The translations under genes were made by a program, and so were the position numbers. Source: the human T2T-CHM13v2.0 reference genome, Homo sapiens. Taken from it: a DNA stretch of 64,000 nt. Shown here in pieces: positions 39,891-55,270 of this stretch. The stretch lies in the NCBI RefSeq assembly GCF_009914755.1, contig NC_060947.1; one strand, written 5' to 3'. Positions within the stretch are counted from its first letter, which is position 1. Each line of letters begins with the position of its first letter. The notes beneath the pieces are model-generated. The model saw only the letters and a program-made list of their open reading frames with translations, made no database searches and had not been told where the DNA came from.

Positions 39891-40734
39891 TGCAAAGTGA
39901 TTTTGCATCACATCATGTTGAGATTGCCCCTTTAAACCAGAGGGTCCTGAAAAGGGGCACTTATGAAATTATCTTCACATTATTCCAATCTTCTCTTTAA
40001 CTGCAGCTCATTATCTGGTTAAGGAAAATCTGCTTTCAGAATTATAATTCTCTGACCCAAAAGGCTATTAATTTCTTTCTATTTAGTCATTGAGGGGTTT
40101 CTCCCTGCCCCCTACCATTCTCACTGTATGTTAAAGAAGAATGAAATTACTGGAGTAAAAATGTGGGGTGGCACCTGCTAATATATTTCATTTAGGAAAA
40201 TTAAATGGAACCAGTTCCAATCTCTAAATGATAGCATCAAACTCTGCTCCCTGAGGCCTTGCTATTGTAGTTTCACTTGCCATGCACCTTTTATTTATAT
40301 CTCCCAGCCTGGAGAGCTGATCACTCTGATATTGCCTATTGTGACCCTATAGGAGTCTATTGTTCCCCAAATTCCCTTCTTTACAGATTCTTTTTTGGAG
40401 ATCTGCAGGGCTATGGGACTAATAGTGTATGACATCAGTGTCATTCTTTCTTTTCAGTTGCAAACAATGTGTTTGGCCACATTGGAATTAAGTGGGTTAA
40501 AATTCCATCAAAGCAGCTCAGGAATTAGAAAATACTTTTTCTAGAAAGGAGAAGAGGGATAGACTTAATTTGAAGCTCTACGGAACTCAGATCATGAAAC
40601 AAGTGTTAGAAATCTAGCAGGTTCTCAACCAGTGTTTCAAACCTGATTAATTTCTATCAAATCTGATGAAAGTTCAGAGAATATCAAATTGAGTTTGTGT
40701 TTATTTCATTACTAATTATGTAGGCAAAAAAATA

Positions 40735-40915
40735 TACTGGCTGTGTGGCCTTGGGCTAGTGCCTTAACTTCTCTGAACCTCAAATATCATTATCTGATAA
40801 TGAGATGATGAATTGTGCCTATTTCATAGGATTACTGTGAGGATTAAATGGTATAATGTACAAAAGGTACTTTGTGCACTGTCTGGTCCCAGAGTAGGTG
40901 CTCAGTAAATGGTGG
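40735..40915 (+). repeat. MIR
   Basis: gctgtgtggccttgggc...aggattactgtgaggattaaatg...agtaggtgctcagtaaatgg. Confidence 0.82.
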
Positions 40916-41638
40916 CTGGTGTTCTCTCACTCACTCTTACACTTACTCTGAAAAGAGCACAAAGGTAAGCTTGGAAGTACCTGCAGAACATACCCTCGTG
41001 TCTTAAAGACAGGAACCTGGAGAAGCTGTTATCTATGTGACAAATTGTAATTATATAGAGCCAAAGCAGATCTTTTGGGTCAGTGATCTTTCTGGACTGA
41101 GGCCCACGATGAGAGGAAATGCATTTTACATAGTTTTACAAAACAATTATTTCCAGAAAACAACTGGAAATTTTCATTCTATTCTATTTCAATCTTGTCC
41201 ATTCCATTCTATTGCATAGGAAACAAATGTTGGTCAGGATCCATATAATTGATTTTTTCAAAATGGGTTTCAACCTTCAGATTGAAAAAATACTAATTTA
41301 CATGTTTCCAAGCTCCATTTTCATCAACCAAGAAAGGAAACAATTATCAGTACTACTATCTCGATTTACTGGTCCTACACATCCTTCGGATATTAGCTGG
41401 AATGCTTCTCCCTGATGTCATCAGTCTAGATCTTATTCCCTTGTTATTTGTTGCCATGTGACCATGCTCCTTTTCTTCAGAGCATTTATAACAGTTGATA
41501 ATTATATACTTATTTGTCATTTTAAAATTTAATATGTATCTAAGGTCCATGAGAACAGAAACTTTGTTTTTTTTTTTCATTAGTATATTTTTCCATCTAG
41601 CCCAGCCCAGCACCTAGCACATAAGTACTTTATATATA

Positions 41639-42853
41639 TAGTCATATGTCTCTTAACCACCATGGTGCCTTCTGAGAAATGTGTTGTTAGGCAATTTCAT
41701 TTAGGTTTATACAAACCTAAATGGTATAGCTTACTATCTATATACCTAGGCTATATGATATAGCCTATTACTCCTAGGCTACAAACCCATATAGCATGTA
41801 AGTGAATTCTGCAGGCAATTATAAAACAATGTAAGTATTTGTTATCCAAACATATCAAAACCTAGAAAAGGCACTGTAAAAATATGGTATAAAAGATTTA
41901 AAAAATTATATCCCTGTCTAGGGCACTTACCATGAATGGAGCTTGCAGGACTAGAAGTTGTTCTGGGTGAGTGGGTAAGTGAGTGGTGAGTGAATGTGAG
42001 GGCCTAGGGTATTACAGTACACTACTGTAGGCTTCATAAACACTACACCACTGCTATGATGTTACAATGGCTATAACTGTACACTTAGGCTACTCTAACT
42101 GTATAAAATAATTTTCTTTCTTCAATAATAAGTTAACTTTATCTTACTCTATTTTACTTTATATAATTCTAATATTTTAGACTTTTGAATATTTTATAGT
42201 AACACTTAGCTTAAAACACACACTGTACAGCTGTACAAAAATATGTTTTTCTTTATATTATTCTATAAGTTTTTTTATTGCTAAAATATTTTATTTTGTT
42301 AATTTTTAAAATTTTCTGTTAAAAACACAGGCACAAACACACACATTAGCCTAGGCTTACACAGGGTCAGGATCATCAACATCACTTTCTTCCACCTCCA
42401 CATCTCATCCTAGTGGGTGTTTGGGGGCAATAACACACATGGAGCTATCACCTCCTATGATAACAATGCCTTCTCCTAGAACACTTTCTGAAGGACCTGT
42501 CAGAGGCTGTTTTACAGTAAACTTTTTTGTTTCAGAAGTAGATGGAGTACACTTTACAATAATGATAATAGTATAGTAAATACGAAAACCAGTAATAGTA
42601 GTTTATAATTATTACCAAGTATCATGGCTGTACATAATTATATGTGTTATACTTTTATACAACTGGCAGTGCAATAGCTTTGTTTACACCAACATCATGA
42701 CCAACACATAAAGAATGTGTTCTGCTATGATGTTACAATGGGTATAATGTCACTAGGCAACAGGAAATTTTCAGCTCCATTATAATCTTATAGGACTACC
42801 ATCGTACATGTAGTTCACTGTTGACCAAAATGTCATTATGTAGTGCATGACTG
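41639..42853. mobile_element. Tigger3b/MER7B (~1.2 kb), inserted at TA in an L2 3' end
   Basis: agtcatatgtc...ttctgagaaatgtgttgttaggcaatttc at the left; tgtcattatgtagtgcatgactg plus TA at the right; L2 tail tgaatgaatgaa resumes after it. Confidence 0.9.
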
Positions 42854-43301
42854 TATATATTGAATGAATGAAAGAATAAACTAATAAATGAATGAATAAA
42901 GGTGTTCATAAACCCAAATGTAAACCTGGACAGTTCAACCTACCATGAAATAATTTGTTGGCTTTGCTTTCCAAAGTGAAAGATATGAGGAGGTTCTGTT
43001 AAAAACTGTCTCCTCCAGAAGACTCTAAGCTCCATGACTGCTAGGATCATGTCTGGTTTGCTCCCCATTGCAACCCAGAACTATCACTGTACCTAGCAAA
43101 CAGCAAATCCTTAAAACGTTTTTGGATTAATAATAAACAAAAACAAAATAATAAACATACAGGTGGGACCTCTGGAGTATTTCCAAATTTCATGAAAGGT
43201 TTCCAGGTGAACCTAAGGATTGCAAATGGTCTGACACATTAAGTCTTTAGCAGTACGCATATCACAGATTGTCAGAGGAGGAAGGGACCTTACACATCAA
43301 T

Positions 43302-43514
43302 CAGAGGTTAGCAAACTATTTCTGTAAAGGGCCAAACAGTAAATGTTTTTGTCTTTGCAGGCAATATAGTCTTTGTCACAACTTCTCAACTCTGCTGTTG
43401 CAGGGGGAAAGCAACCACAGATATTAGTTAAATGAATAGAGTGGCTGTGTTCCAATAAAACTTTATTTATAAAAACAGGTGGCCGACTGGATTTGGCTGC
43501 AGTTTGCTGACTCT
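43302..43514 (+). mobile_element. MER58A
   Basis: cagaggttagcaaactatttctgtaaagggcca...gtgttccaataaaactttattta...agtttgctgactc. Confidence 0.9.
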
Positions 43515-45063
43515 AACTCTAATCCAATCTTAACTCCCATAACAAAGAGGGACCATTTCCCCAGAAGGGGGAAATAACATTGTTGAAGATCACACAGCTA
43601 AAAGATGAAAGTGGGAACTTCCAACTCCCATTTTAATTTTCATGACACTACAAAGCAGCCATGTTTCAGGGTCTTCCTGCTTCAGTGTTGGTGTTAGCAT
43701 TATCCTGCCTTGTTTATTGAAGCTAAGAGACATTATCTTAAATTTGGTTTGTGTTGATGGTTTTTCATTTTTACTTTTTATTCTGTCATCCATGTAGTCT
43801 AAAAACCTTGGGGGTGATCATCTTCACAGAGAGAATATACAACTCCCTTTATTTTCTTCAAGTACCTGGAGCTCTGCCTCCTCACAAATTCAGAGATGGT
43901 ATGTACTAGGTTCTCTTAGGCAAAATGTTCTGACTTCTTGGTACTAAGGACCGGATGGAGAAATAGGAGGTGAGATCCCTGTCATATCATGTCCTACCAT
44001 ATACCTTAATCAACTCTCTCATCAATCATTCAGTCGTAGGGATTTGCTACTGTATATGCAGCACTAAGCTGGAGTTTGGAGAAAAGGAATGGTAATGATG
44101 AGATAACAGCTAACTTTTTTGAGGTCTGACTATACATCAAGGACATTATATATAGCTTCTCTAAAACCTCAACACAGTGCTTTAAGGAAGGATTAGATAG
44201 ACCAAATTGCTATAATTGCAACCCGATTTGGTCCACATCCAAACTCTGGGCTGCTGCTGTCTCTACTACTGCTGCTGTTCTTAAGGCCAGAGATTCCTGA
44301 ACACCCTTCTAAGGATTAGAGGTGGAGAAATTAAAGCTCCTAGCCCAGCGTCCAGCACATAGTATGTGTTGTTATTACTTACCAATCTCCCTTACATAAT
44401 CACCTGCAGACACATATTAATGTGTCTTCAACCTCAATAAACACTCTTTGAATAAACGATGGCCTTCCACACCACTGTGCCTTTGTATGGTCCATCCATT
44501 CTTCCTGGAATGTTGCCCACCAATGTCCTGTGCTCTACCAAGACTTAGCTCAAATGTCACCTCTTCTGTGACATTTTCCTGATACCTTTGGAGAAATGGA
44601 ACCAGTTTCTCCTCCATGCTTTCCTCAGAACTTTGTTCAAACCTCTATTCTTGGATCTAGTAAAGCATCTGTTCTCTGGTTTATCACATTCACTACGAAC
44701 TCTACTGAGACAGGGTCTGTCTTATTGATTTCCTTTTTAAAATAACATCTATTGTGTTTTTTTTAATATAGAAAAGCATCAAAAAGAAAAAAAAGAATGA
44801 TAATTCATCTTCCAGAAACCCCCTTTGGCCTTTAAAAAAGCAATATATGAACATGGTAAGAAAATTCAAACTGTACAAAAAAGTACAAAACAAAAATTAA
44901 AAGTCTCCCACTAGCTGACAGCCCAGAAGAAACCTTTGATAACCAGTTTCTTGCATATTCCACCAGCAAACATTTGCACATATATATTAGAACTTATATA
45001 TGTATTGTAGCTTATTAAAACATTAAAAAAATTCTAAACACAACTGTATATACTTTAATTTTC

Positions 45064-45606
<543 letters not shown>

Positions 45607-46670
45607 TTATGAAAGCTAAGGAGTTGGTTAAAGCGCTTTTCAAGTGCTTTGCAAAATCAGGGAGACTAACAGTCATTTTTCTCACTGGGGAAGGCCGGGC
45701 CTCTCAACATCAAAGAATGGCCCCTCTTTTCAATGGGGCAGCTTCCCACAGCAGTACCTAGCTCCCTTAATCTCAGTAACTACAATAAATGCACAAGCCC
45801 CCTTTTGTGTGAAACTCCTATCTAATCAAAACTAATCACCAAACAGATCTTTGCCTAACATATCTGAGTAACAGAACTGAAATCTTTACCCTAGCAGAGG
45901 CCCCCAATAAGCCCCTGTGAATGAAGAAAAGGGTGATTGGGCTGTTTGCCTTCCTCAGTGCTCTGTGAAAACTCTACATTCACAAGAATAAAATCAAAGG
46001 CACTTGGAAAATAAGAATGCAGTCCAACTCTCCACATCTAGACTGATTGGGACCAGGCAGATTCAGATACTGACAAATTGAAAATAGCAGAGATGCCTCA
46101 AAACCAGTTTTCTGGGAGGGATGTTGAGGAAGTCTAAGAGTGTCAGAGGGAGGGGGTTGCTGTTGTGTAAACTGACATGGAAGACCTCGATTTCAAGATG
46201 ATAAAAGCTCAGTCTCTAAGGAGGAGCTAAAGAGTCCCCTTTGTGTAGGCTAATTTGTCTAGCAAAACAGTCCAGGCAAACGAGGGCTACAGTAATTGGA
46301 AGCTATGAATGACTACCATTTATTGAGTGCTATGGTAAGCCACATGTGCTTTGCTCAGATTAATTCATTTTGTCTTCAAATCAACCCTATTTAGTATGTA
46401 GTATTATTATTCCACTTTAATAATTAGAAAATTCTTGTTCAGAGAGGTTAAGGAACTTGCTTGAAATCACAATCACAACTAAGTGGGTAAGTGGATTCAT
46501 ACCTTAGACAGGTCTATTCAACCCCAAAGCTTGTGTTTTTTTCTACTACATGATAACTCTTTTCCACATATCTATCTAATGCATTTGATACAAAATTTTC
46601 TGTCTCATATATTTTTTTCTTCATATGGCTTTTCCTTATGCTGGTTCTGGGCCTTAATAAATGGGCCTTC

Positions 46671-46808
46671 AGCCAGGCACGGTGGCTCATGCCTGTAATC
46701 TCAGCTCTTAGGGAGGCATAGGCAGGAGGATCGCTTGAGCCCAGTAGTTCAAGACCAGCTTGGGCAACATAGCAAGACCCGATTCTTCACACAAAGGGAA
46801 AAAAGACA
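46671..46808 (+). pseudogene. BC200 (BCYRN1)-like retrocopy (monomeric Alu-derived ncRNA pseudogene)
   Basis: FLAM-type monomer with BC200-like cagctcttagggagg and 3' gacccgattcttcacacaaagggaaaaaagacaaa; TSD aataaa(t/g)gggccttc at 46656-46670 and 46809-46823. Confidence 0.8.
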
Positions 46809-49049
46809 AATAAAGGGGCCTTCATAAGGTCCATCCCTCTCTTCTGTAATCTCTTTCTTTTCAGCCGTGAGGTCTACTGAAAACTTGAGAGCTTGACTGA
46901 ATTTAAAATTTAAAGCTCACTTCTCTTGAGGAAGTTTTCAAATCCCAGAATGCCTTCCTTGGAAATCTTTTGCATAGTGCTGACCCTGAATTGTGGAGGG
47001 CGTGACCTAAAGTTTGAAGAGGGGAACTGACAAGCCAAAGGTCAAAGAGCTACAGAATGGTGAAGTTTGCATCAGGACTAAACCCAGGTCTCCTGAATCC
47101 CAGTGCAATACTATTTTCCCTCCAGTCTCCCTGTCCCTGTTACTCCACCCCCATCCCTGATTATGTCTCTCTCCTTCCTTGATTAAGCCTGTTATATCTC
47201 CCCAGCCCCCAGTCCATCCTACACACTTCATCTTGTTCATTACTATCCAAAGCAGGGCCTCTACATCAGTCAAGCCTGTCACCTTAAGCCCACTTCAGTG
47301 CTCATTTACTCTAGAGTCTCTTCACACATATGCATAATGTTTGTGGCTTACAGATTTCTATAACTAGCTTAACTTCCTCAGATCCTTTGCTCCTTTAAAA
47401 TTGTTTTCCTTTTATATTCATTTGTGTCCCCCAAAAGGCCTTAAAGATGCTTAGTAAACATTGGTTAAATTAACAAACATTGTCTCCTTGCAAAAAACAC
47501 AAATGTTTGCTAAAAGAATATATCCTCCCCCAAAAGAAAATAAAACAGGCTAAAAAGACTCCTTATCAGTTCTCATTAGAATTTGACAAAGTATACACTG
47601 GTTAATTAGCCCTTAGCAAAGGCTTAGATAAGAGCTGGAGGATGCTGATTAACCCAAAGCCCCACAAACCAAAGGCAGAGAAGTGGGAAAATATTTTAAG
47701 CAAATTTTGTTTTCAAGAGTGTATGCTAACGTGAAAACTGAGCATGGCATATTTACAACATTTTTGCCGTAGCAAAATGAGCCAATCTAGAAGCAAAGGA
47801 ACCAGGAAAACATGGCAGTTCATCTTCAAAGCAGCTCATTCACCACTTAATTTTCAAATCACCTCTTTGGGGTAAAAAAAGTATTATTATCCCACTTGAA
47901 CAATGGGGAAACTAAGGCAGGCTAAGAGACATGTGGGGGCCTAAAGCTGTCCAAGGAATATAATAACCACGGAAGAAATATTTAACACATTTTTTAATGC
48001 TCATAAACCACTAACAGAATTGAACCTAAAATACAGGTTTGGCTGACATTTTAGTATTCAAAGGTAATTTAAAAGGGGCTGTCAATCACGTCCTATTTTC
48101 AATGCACAGAGAAGGTTCTCAGGAGTGAGTAAATTCTTTGGTAAAGTAAACAACCACCTCATTTGTTCATTTCGTAAATAATCTCCTGCCTTTTTAATCA
48201 CAAAGTCCCTAGACAAGCAATCTGGCCAAAGAAAAAGAGTTAGAATCTACCAATATAACTCATAGAAGTACAGCAATTTAGGGTGGTTTTTCAAAATGTT
48301 AATAACTACTTTGTCATTATACTGATTAGACTTCACACTTGCTTTAAGGGTGTGGGAGTCAGGGTTGACCATCCATGACACAGAAGGATTGTTGTTATCG
48401 GCACTTGGCAGAATTTCATTCAGCTATTTGAAATCAGGAGAGAGCGCTCTGATTCATTTTTAAGGGCTTGCAGTCTCTTTAATAAAATTTAGAAAAGTAT
48501 TTTCAAGGCGTTAAGTAAGTAAACGGAAAAGAGAAGTGCAATGAAGTTGTCTTTTCTAAGTTGTCTGTCCCCTGGAAACCATTAACATCCATCTAAGCTA
48601 GCTCAAGGACTTAGGATCATTTTAAGTAATCAAGGGGAAGGCTCCAGGCTTTCTAATCTAATTGCCATCTCCAGGGAAGTGCCTTCTTCACTCAGCTAGG
48701 TTGAAGGGGAAGAGCATCTCTTGGGATTAAGAAGTGAATGATTTGGACTGTAGATTTTTCAATCATTTTGATGGTGCTTATCTCAGGAATTAAGGTTATT
48801 TTTTCCAAATGTAGTATATAATGAAAGACACTGGCCTGTGTGGGTCTGTATAACAATCAACCTACCTCATGCAAATTGCTGGTCTCAGGAATTTTTACTT
48901 ATTTGACTTAAGATGAAAGAAAGAGTATTATCCTAAAATATTTTTTTCTGAGTTACCTGGGGAAAACCCTTCTATAATCAGAATCAATGAGAGTTTGGAA
49001 ACATGATGCTGGGATTCTTGGAAAATGCTACCAACCTCTTGTTTTTAAT

Positions 49050-49466
49050 ACTCTTTTTGGATTCTGAATAAAAGAGGTGTCCTTATCTATTCCAAACTAC
49101 CTTTTCTCCTGGAATCTTAATATGTAGGTCAGCTCTCTACCTGATTTCTAACATTTGCAGTTCTCACGTCTGGAGCCATTTGCCTCCCAGCTGCAGCCTC
49201 AACCATACTCCAAACCCTAGGCTAAATCTTTTTTTTTTTTTTTTTCTATGTGTCTCTTTCTCTTAGAAGCACCTGTGATTAAGTTTAGCACAATCAGAAT
49301 AATCTCCGTTTTGATAAACACAAAGTCAACAGATGAGTAACCTAATTTCATGAGTGATTTCCCAACACAGTCACACATTTTTTTTTCACTGAAGAGGAAA
49401 GTATGACACAGCAGGTGTGCAACAGACTGGTAATCCAGGGTATTATCTTAAAATGTTGCCTACCCA
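49050..49466 (-). mobile_element. Diverged MLT1 (MLT1E/F-like) LTR fragment
   Basis: cacctgtgattaag...ataatctccgttttgataaacacaaagtcaacagatgagtaacct...atcttaaaatgttgcctaccca. Confidence 0.55.
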
Positions 49467-49862
49467 CCTAAATAAACTTTTAAAATAGTCTTTCTGCTCC
49501 TTTTGTTATCTACATAAACAAAGATATTATCTGCAACTAATAATTAACTACTCTCCAGTTTCATTCATTACAAATATTAACTTACATCTTTTTTCTGGCT
49601 TAAATTATTTTTCCTGTATGTACCATTTTATACATTCACACACACATAAAACAATAAAAATATATCCAATTACTCAATGTTGGTTAAATTTTCATTAAAA
49701 TAAGTGTTAAAAATGATTATTTTTTTCTGTTTGAAGAGGGCTTTTATTGTTCTACTCAAGAGTGTTATTTCTGAAGACAAAGATGCCTGTGCTTTAATAG
49801 GCAGATTCTAGGGAGAATCTGAACCATAAGCCATAACATTTTACAGTAATAAATTCAAGACA

Positions 49863-50192
<330 letters not shown>

Positions 50193-50416
50193 AAGGAATT
50201 CAAGACAAAACAAAAAGTATAGATTTGCTTTCAGCATTTTTGAGGTGTTTAGTTTTCTATTAGTCAGCTTATTTATTTGTTTTGTTGCAATTATTGCTCT
50301 TTTTTTCTGAAAATATGTACAAACTCATACTCACACAAACACTCTCACTTAATACTTTTCTTACACCTAAGGTTTATCTTCAGAGTAATATGTGTATATT
50401 TAACTCTATGTAAATT

Positions 50417-50938
50417 TGAAGGGCTGGGTTGCCCCTCCACACCTGTGGGTGTTTCTCCTTAGGTGGAATGAGAGACTTGGAAAAGAAACAGACACAGAGA
50501 AAAAGTGTAGAGAAAGAAAAATGGGCCCAGGGGACCAGCGTTCAGCATAAGGGGGACCCGCGCCGGCCGCGGCCTCTGAGTTCCCTTAGTATTTGTTGAT
50601 CATTATCGGGCGTTTCCCGGAGAGGGGGATGTGGCAAGACAATAGGGTAATAGTGGAGAGAAGGTCAGTAAGAAAACGCGTGAACAAAGGTCTCTGCATC
50701 ATAAACAAGGTAAAGAAAAAAGTGCTGTGATTTTGATGTGCATATACATAAACATCTCAATGCATTAAAGAGCAGTATTGCTGCCAGCATGTCCCACCTC
50801 CAGCCCTAAGGCGGTTTTCCCCTATCTCAGTAGATGGAATATACAATTGGGCTTTACACTGAGACATTCCATTGCCCACGGATGAGCAGGAGACAGATGC
50901 CTTCCTCTTATCTCAACTGCAAAGAGGTCTTCCTCTTT
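50417..50938 (-). mobile_element. HERV-K(HML-2) LTR5 (5A/5B-like), 3' half only
   Basis: tgaagggctgggttgcccctccacacctgtggg is the LTR 3' terminus; ends at gagacagatgccttcctcttatctcaactgcaaagagg, abutting a poly(T). Confidence 0.92.
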
Positions 50939-51106
50939 CTTTTTTTTTTTTATGTGAAAAGAATTGTCATGTATTATTTATTCATTTAAAAGTAAAAGTT
51001 TATTGACAGTCTATAATCTTCTGTTCTCCAATAACATAAATAATCTTCTCTCATCCCAAACATGGAAATGGATGTTTCAACTTTCTCTGTACAGAAAAAA
51101 AATTTC

Positions 51107-51153
51107 TTTTTTTTTTTTTTTTAAGTATTTATTGATCATTCTTGGGTGTTTCT
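51107..51153 (-). mobile_element. Very 5'-truncated SVA (SINE-R) 3' end with poly(A)
   Basis: Minus strand reads AGAAACACCCAAGAATGATCAATAAATACTT followed by A16, the SVA/LTR5-type polyadenylated end. Confidence 0.8.
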
Positions 51154-51198
51154 TAATAATAGTTAAGGGGAGGAGGAGAATTTAAAAAGCTGTAACTC

Positions 51199-51535
<337 letters not shown>

Positions 51536-52049
51536 CTAGTCAGAAATAGGCATATGAACAATATTCAGAAATTAAAGTAGGCAGTCCATTTGTGTAGGTG
51601 GTAGGTAAGGATGTGAAGAAATTTAAAAAAAAAATGTTTTCATGTAGTGGCTTTATATTTTAAAAAGTTTTTATGCACAAGAAATTCCAATGCAAATATA
51701 TGGGATCATAAATAATTTCCCCAGCACTGCCTGGACTCTACTCCCTTCATCTCCCACTCCAAATGCAAGTGAGCATCAGTAACTTTATTATAAAATAGTG
51801 TTCACCAACATTTTAGGGAGCTTTTTGTTTGTTTCTTTGTTTCACACTATAAGACTTTTCAGAACCTTTGATATGTTAATACGCACTGTGAATCTCAATA
51901 TGAAGAAAGAACCTATAAATATTATTTCTAATCATATATGGTCTCAGAACCCATTTTTTCCCTAAAAAGTCTCCAGTACATGTATTGTATATATGAGATA
52001 CCCTTTAGGAAAAGTTGGCTTACAGCAAGGAAATTAGAGGAAATTTTAA

Positions 52050-52680
52050 GCTATAGAAGCTGGCCAGATGTTTGCCAGAGTTTTTTCATCTTTCTGGGCA
52101 CATAGATTATATTCGCCAGCTTCACTTGACGTTAGATGCAGCCACATGACTCAGTTCTGGACAATGAAATACGGGTAGGATTCTTGTATGCCACTTCCAG
52201 GTATGATCCATAAAAACTATTCATGTAATCTTCCACATACTCTCTTTTTTCTTATCTGCCCTCAGATGTAAAGGATTCCATGGAAGATTATGATGCCTTA
52301 GGCCTGGATTGGCAAACTATGGCCCCCTGGGCCAAATCTTGATGCTACCTATTTTTGTAAATAAAATTTTATTGGAACACAGTTATACCTGTTCCTTTAA
52401 GTATTGTCTATGGCTGTTTTTGTGCTCAACAACAGAGATAAGTAGTTGTGACAGAGGCAGACGCACAAAGCCAAAGTATTTACTACTTGGCCCTTTACAG
52501 AAAAGTTTGCTGACTCCTGCCTTAGGCCATGGCAGAAAGTTCATGGAAAGAGCTTGGGTTTCTGAATGACTGCATGGGACACAGTCACCTATTTCCTCCA
52601 TGGACCCACATTGGATCTTTATTATATTAAACTCCCAATATTTTGGATTTTAAAAAATTACTGCAATTGGCCTAACATAT
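52050..52680 (+). mobile_element. Old MLT1 LTR interrupted by MER58A
   Basis: gccacatgactcagttctggacaatgaaat...atgccacttccagg...agagcttgggtttctgaatgactgcatgg. Confidence 0.65.
52304..52519 (-). mobile_element. MER58A
   Basis: ttggcaaactatggcc...taaataaaattttattggaacacag...tacagaaaagtttgctgactcctg; perfect 8-bp TSD CCTTAGGC at 52296-52303 and 52520-52527. Confidence 0.93.
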
Positions 52681-52782
52681 TGTTAAAGGATGTGTTAGGT
52701 ATTATGTTTGCCCGTTTGATCTCAATGCTCCACCTTTTTTCACCCTGTTTTATGTCCAGGGAGAATGCCCACACTTTTGTGA

Positions 52783-53125
<343 letters not shown>

Positions 53126-54299
53126 AACTCTTCTAAATTAGTCTTTTTAGTGTACTATCCACTTCCTGCTGAGACTCTGACTGATTTAAGGGATAATCTT
53201 GACTCTGCTTTATTTATATCAAAAAATCCACAAATGTTACTATTTTATTATTAATATGTTAATTGCAGTATACTTCACAGCTGATGGAGACATACTAGTA
53301 GTATTATGACAAATACAGGTGAAACATACTAGATTTGTCTCAATCTCACATTTAAAATAAGTTAATATTTTTAAAAAGCTCTCAAGGCTGGATGGTACAG
53401 AGAGAAGAATATCCCTCCAGCAGTTGGAGACCCCAAGTCTTCTCTTTGCCCTGCCCCTGACCCTGTTTGTGTCTTCTCTCTTCATTATTGCCAATGATCA
53501 GGCTGGACCTGGTGGTCTGTCCTACAAATCTCTCTGCCGCCAATATTTGATAATAATTCCAAGAATCTGCTAAATAATCCAACATGCTAAAGAGTCAGCA
53601 TAGAAGCTCCTGGGTTTATGCATTTACTGAGATTCTTCAGCAGGAGAGTTTTTGCTTTATACTCATTCAACCAGGTAATGCTGTCAATCTACTATTTTAA
53701 AAACACAAGCTAATGGAGATAGTATATTTAATTAACACAAACTAAATTTAAGAAGCCTATTTTTTACTTTTGTGAATCAAGAATGTTGACAGTCTTTCCT
53801 AAATAAATTGTCCTCTACAGCTTAAGGGGATTATCTCAGTAAACTAGTTCATAAATAGCTGAATTGCCATTTAAGAAAAAAAAGTTTAACTGAATCACTT
53901 TTTGGAAACTGGATTTCTTCAGGGCTGGAGGAATAGGTCATGCACTGGCCAGAGTGAACAGTGAAGTCTCCATTGGCCTACGCGTTGTTTACTGAGCTTT
54001 AAAATAGACAGGAAACTGGATACACATTGAACCTAGGAGCTTTTCCATAAGGCAGTGACATCCTTTTCAATCCAGAACAACCTGTGGTATTGATTAACTT
54101 TTGGGATCTTTTTCACCACTACTGATCTGTCTCATCTTTTATTCAACAGTTCCCTGAAAGAAATTTAGAGGCAACTATGGAACACCTGAGGCAAATCATA
54201 CTTGTAAGTTCTCTGCAACACTGTTACTTACTCAGTTTACAAATTCTTCTTAGAGAATATGGAAACTATGAAGATTTTCAGCACTTTCTGAAACTACAC

Positions 54300-54520
54300 T
54301 ATAAAGGGCTCTGAGCCAGAATCAGAAGCCCAGAGTCATTGAATCAAAAAGTAGCTGTGTATTCTTGCACAAATTACCAAAGTGATATGGGCCTCATTTT
54401 CCTCATCTGTAAAAAGAGGATAATAATATACTCCATAGGGTTGTTGAAAGGATTCAAAGAGATATATGCATGTAAAGCATTTGTTACAATGCCTGAGACA
54501 TAGTGAGCATTATTATTATT
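54300..54520 (+). repeat. MIR
   Basis: cctcattttcctcatctgtaaaa...atagggttgttgaaaggatt. Confidence 0.82.
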
Positions 54521-55059
54521 AGAGTATTATTACCTATAAAGTGGATCAAGCCCACCTTCATGGTTCTATTTGCATCTACTCTTCAATGTAAGCCATCTTC
54601 TATAAAAATTCCCAGTTCGTCACTGTCCCTTTAAAATATTGTGCCCTCAACCATGACTGTATTATTAAATTATAGGTTATCTTATTTATTATCTTCTATT
54701 TGTTTGTCTTAGCCCCCAATTCCTGAGAACTGCAGGTATTCTTGTGCCTTAAGGTTTGTAACTCATCCCAAAAGGGATAGTCAGGTAACATAAATAAGGT
54801 AAGCAGGATGGATGGGCACTGAGTTCTACTTGAGAGCTTATGATCTGTCTAAAGGGGCAGCTCATTAAGTCCAGCTGAACACTGCCATATGGGAAAGCAG
54901 ACCCAGTATAGCCAGATTCTAGCATACTGCTTTAAAAGAAGCTGAGAAATATGTATCTTTAAAAAATTTAAGTTATGTTGATGTCTACATGTTGAAAACA
55001 AGTTAACATTTTTTTAAAAAAAGAAGCATTGTACAGGCCAAATAATTATATCAATACTT

Positions 55060-55270
55060 TCAGACTAGATTTGGCTGTACTATTTATTAGCTATGTGCCT
55101 TTGGGCAGTTACTTAACCTCCTTGGACCTCAGCTTCCACAATTGCAAAATGGAATATTAGTACCTAACTCACAAGGCTATTATGGGAATTAAATGAGGTA
55201 ATACATATAAACAAAGCAATTAGAATAGTACCTAGCACATAGGTAACACTTGGTAAATGTTAATCATTAT
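55060..55270 (+). repeat. MIR
   Basis: ttattagctatgtgcctttgggcagttacttaacctc...gtacctagcacatagg. Confidence 0.85.

Noticed and set aside
49228-49246. T-run as the terminal poly(A) of the SVA transduction
   Set aside because: There is no adjacent polyadenylation signal or matching TSD near 51154, and MLT1-like sequence seems to continue across it. Left unresolved.
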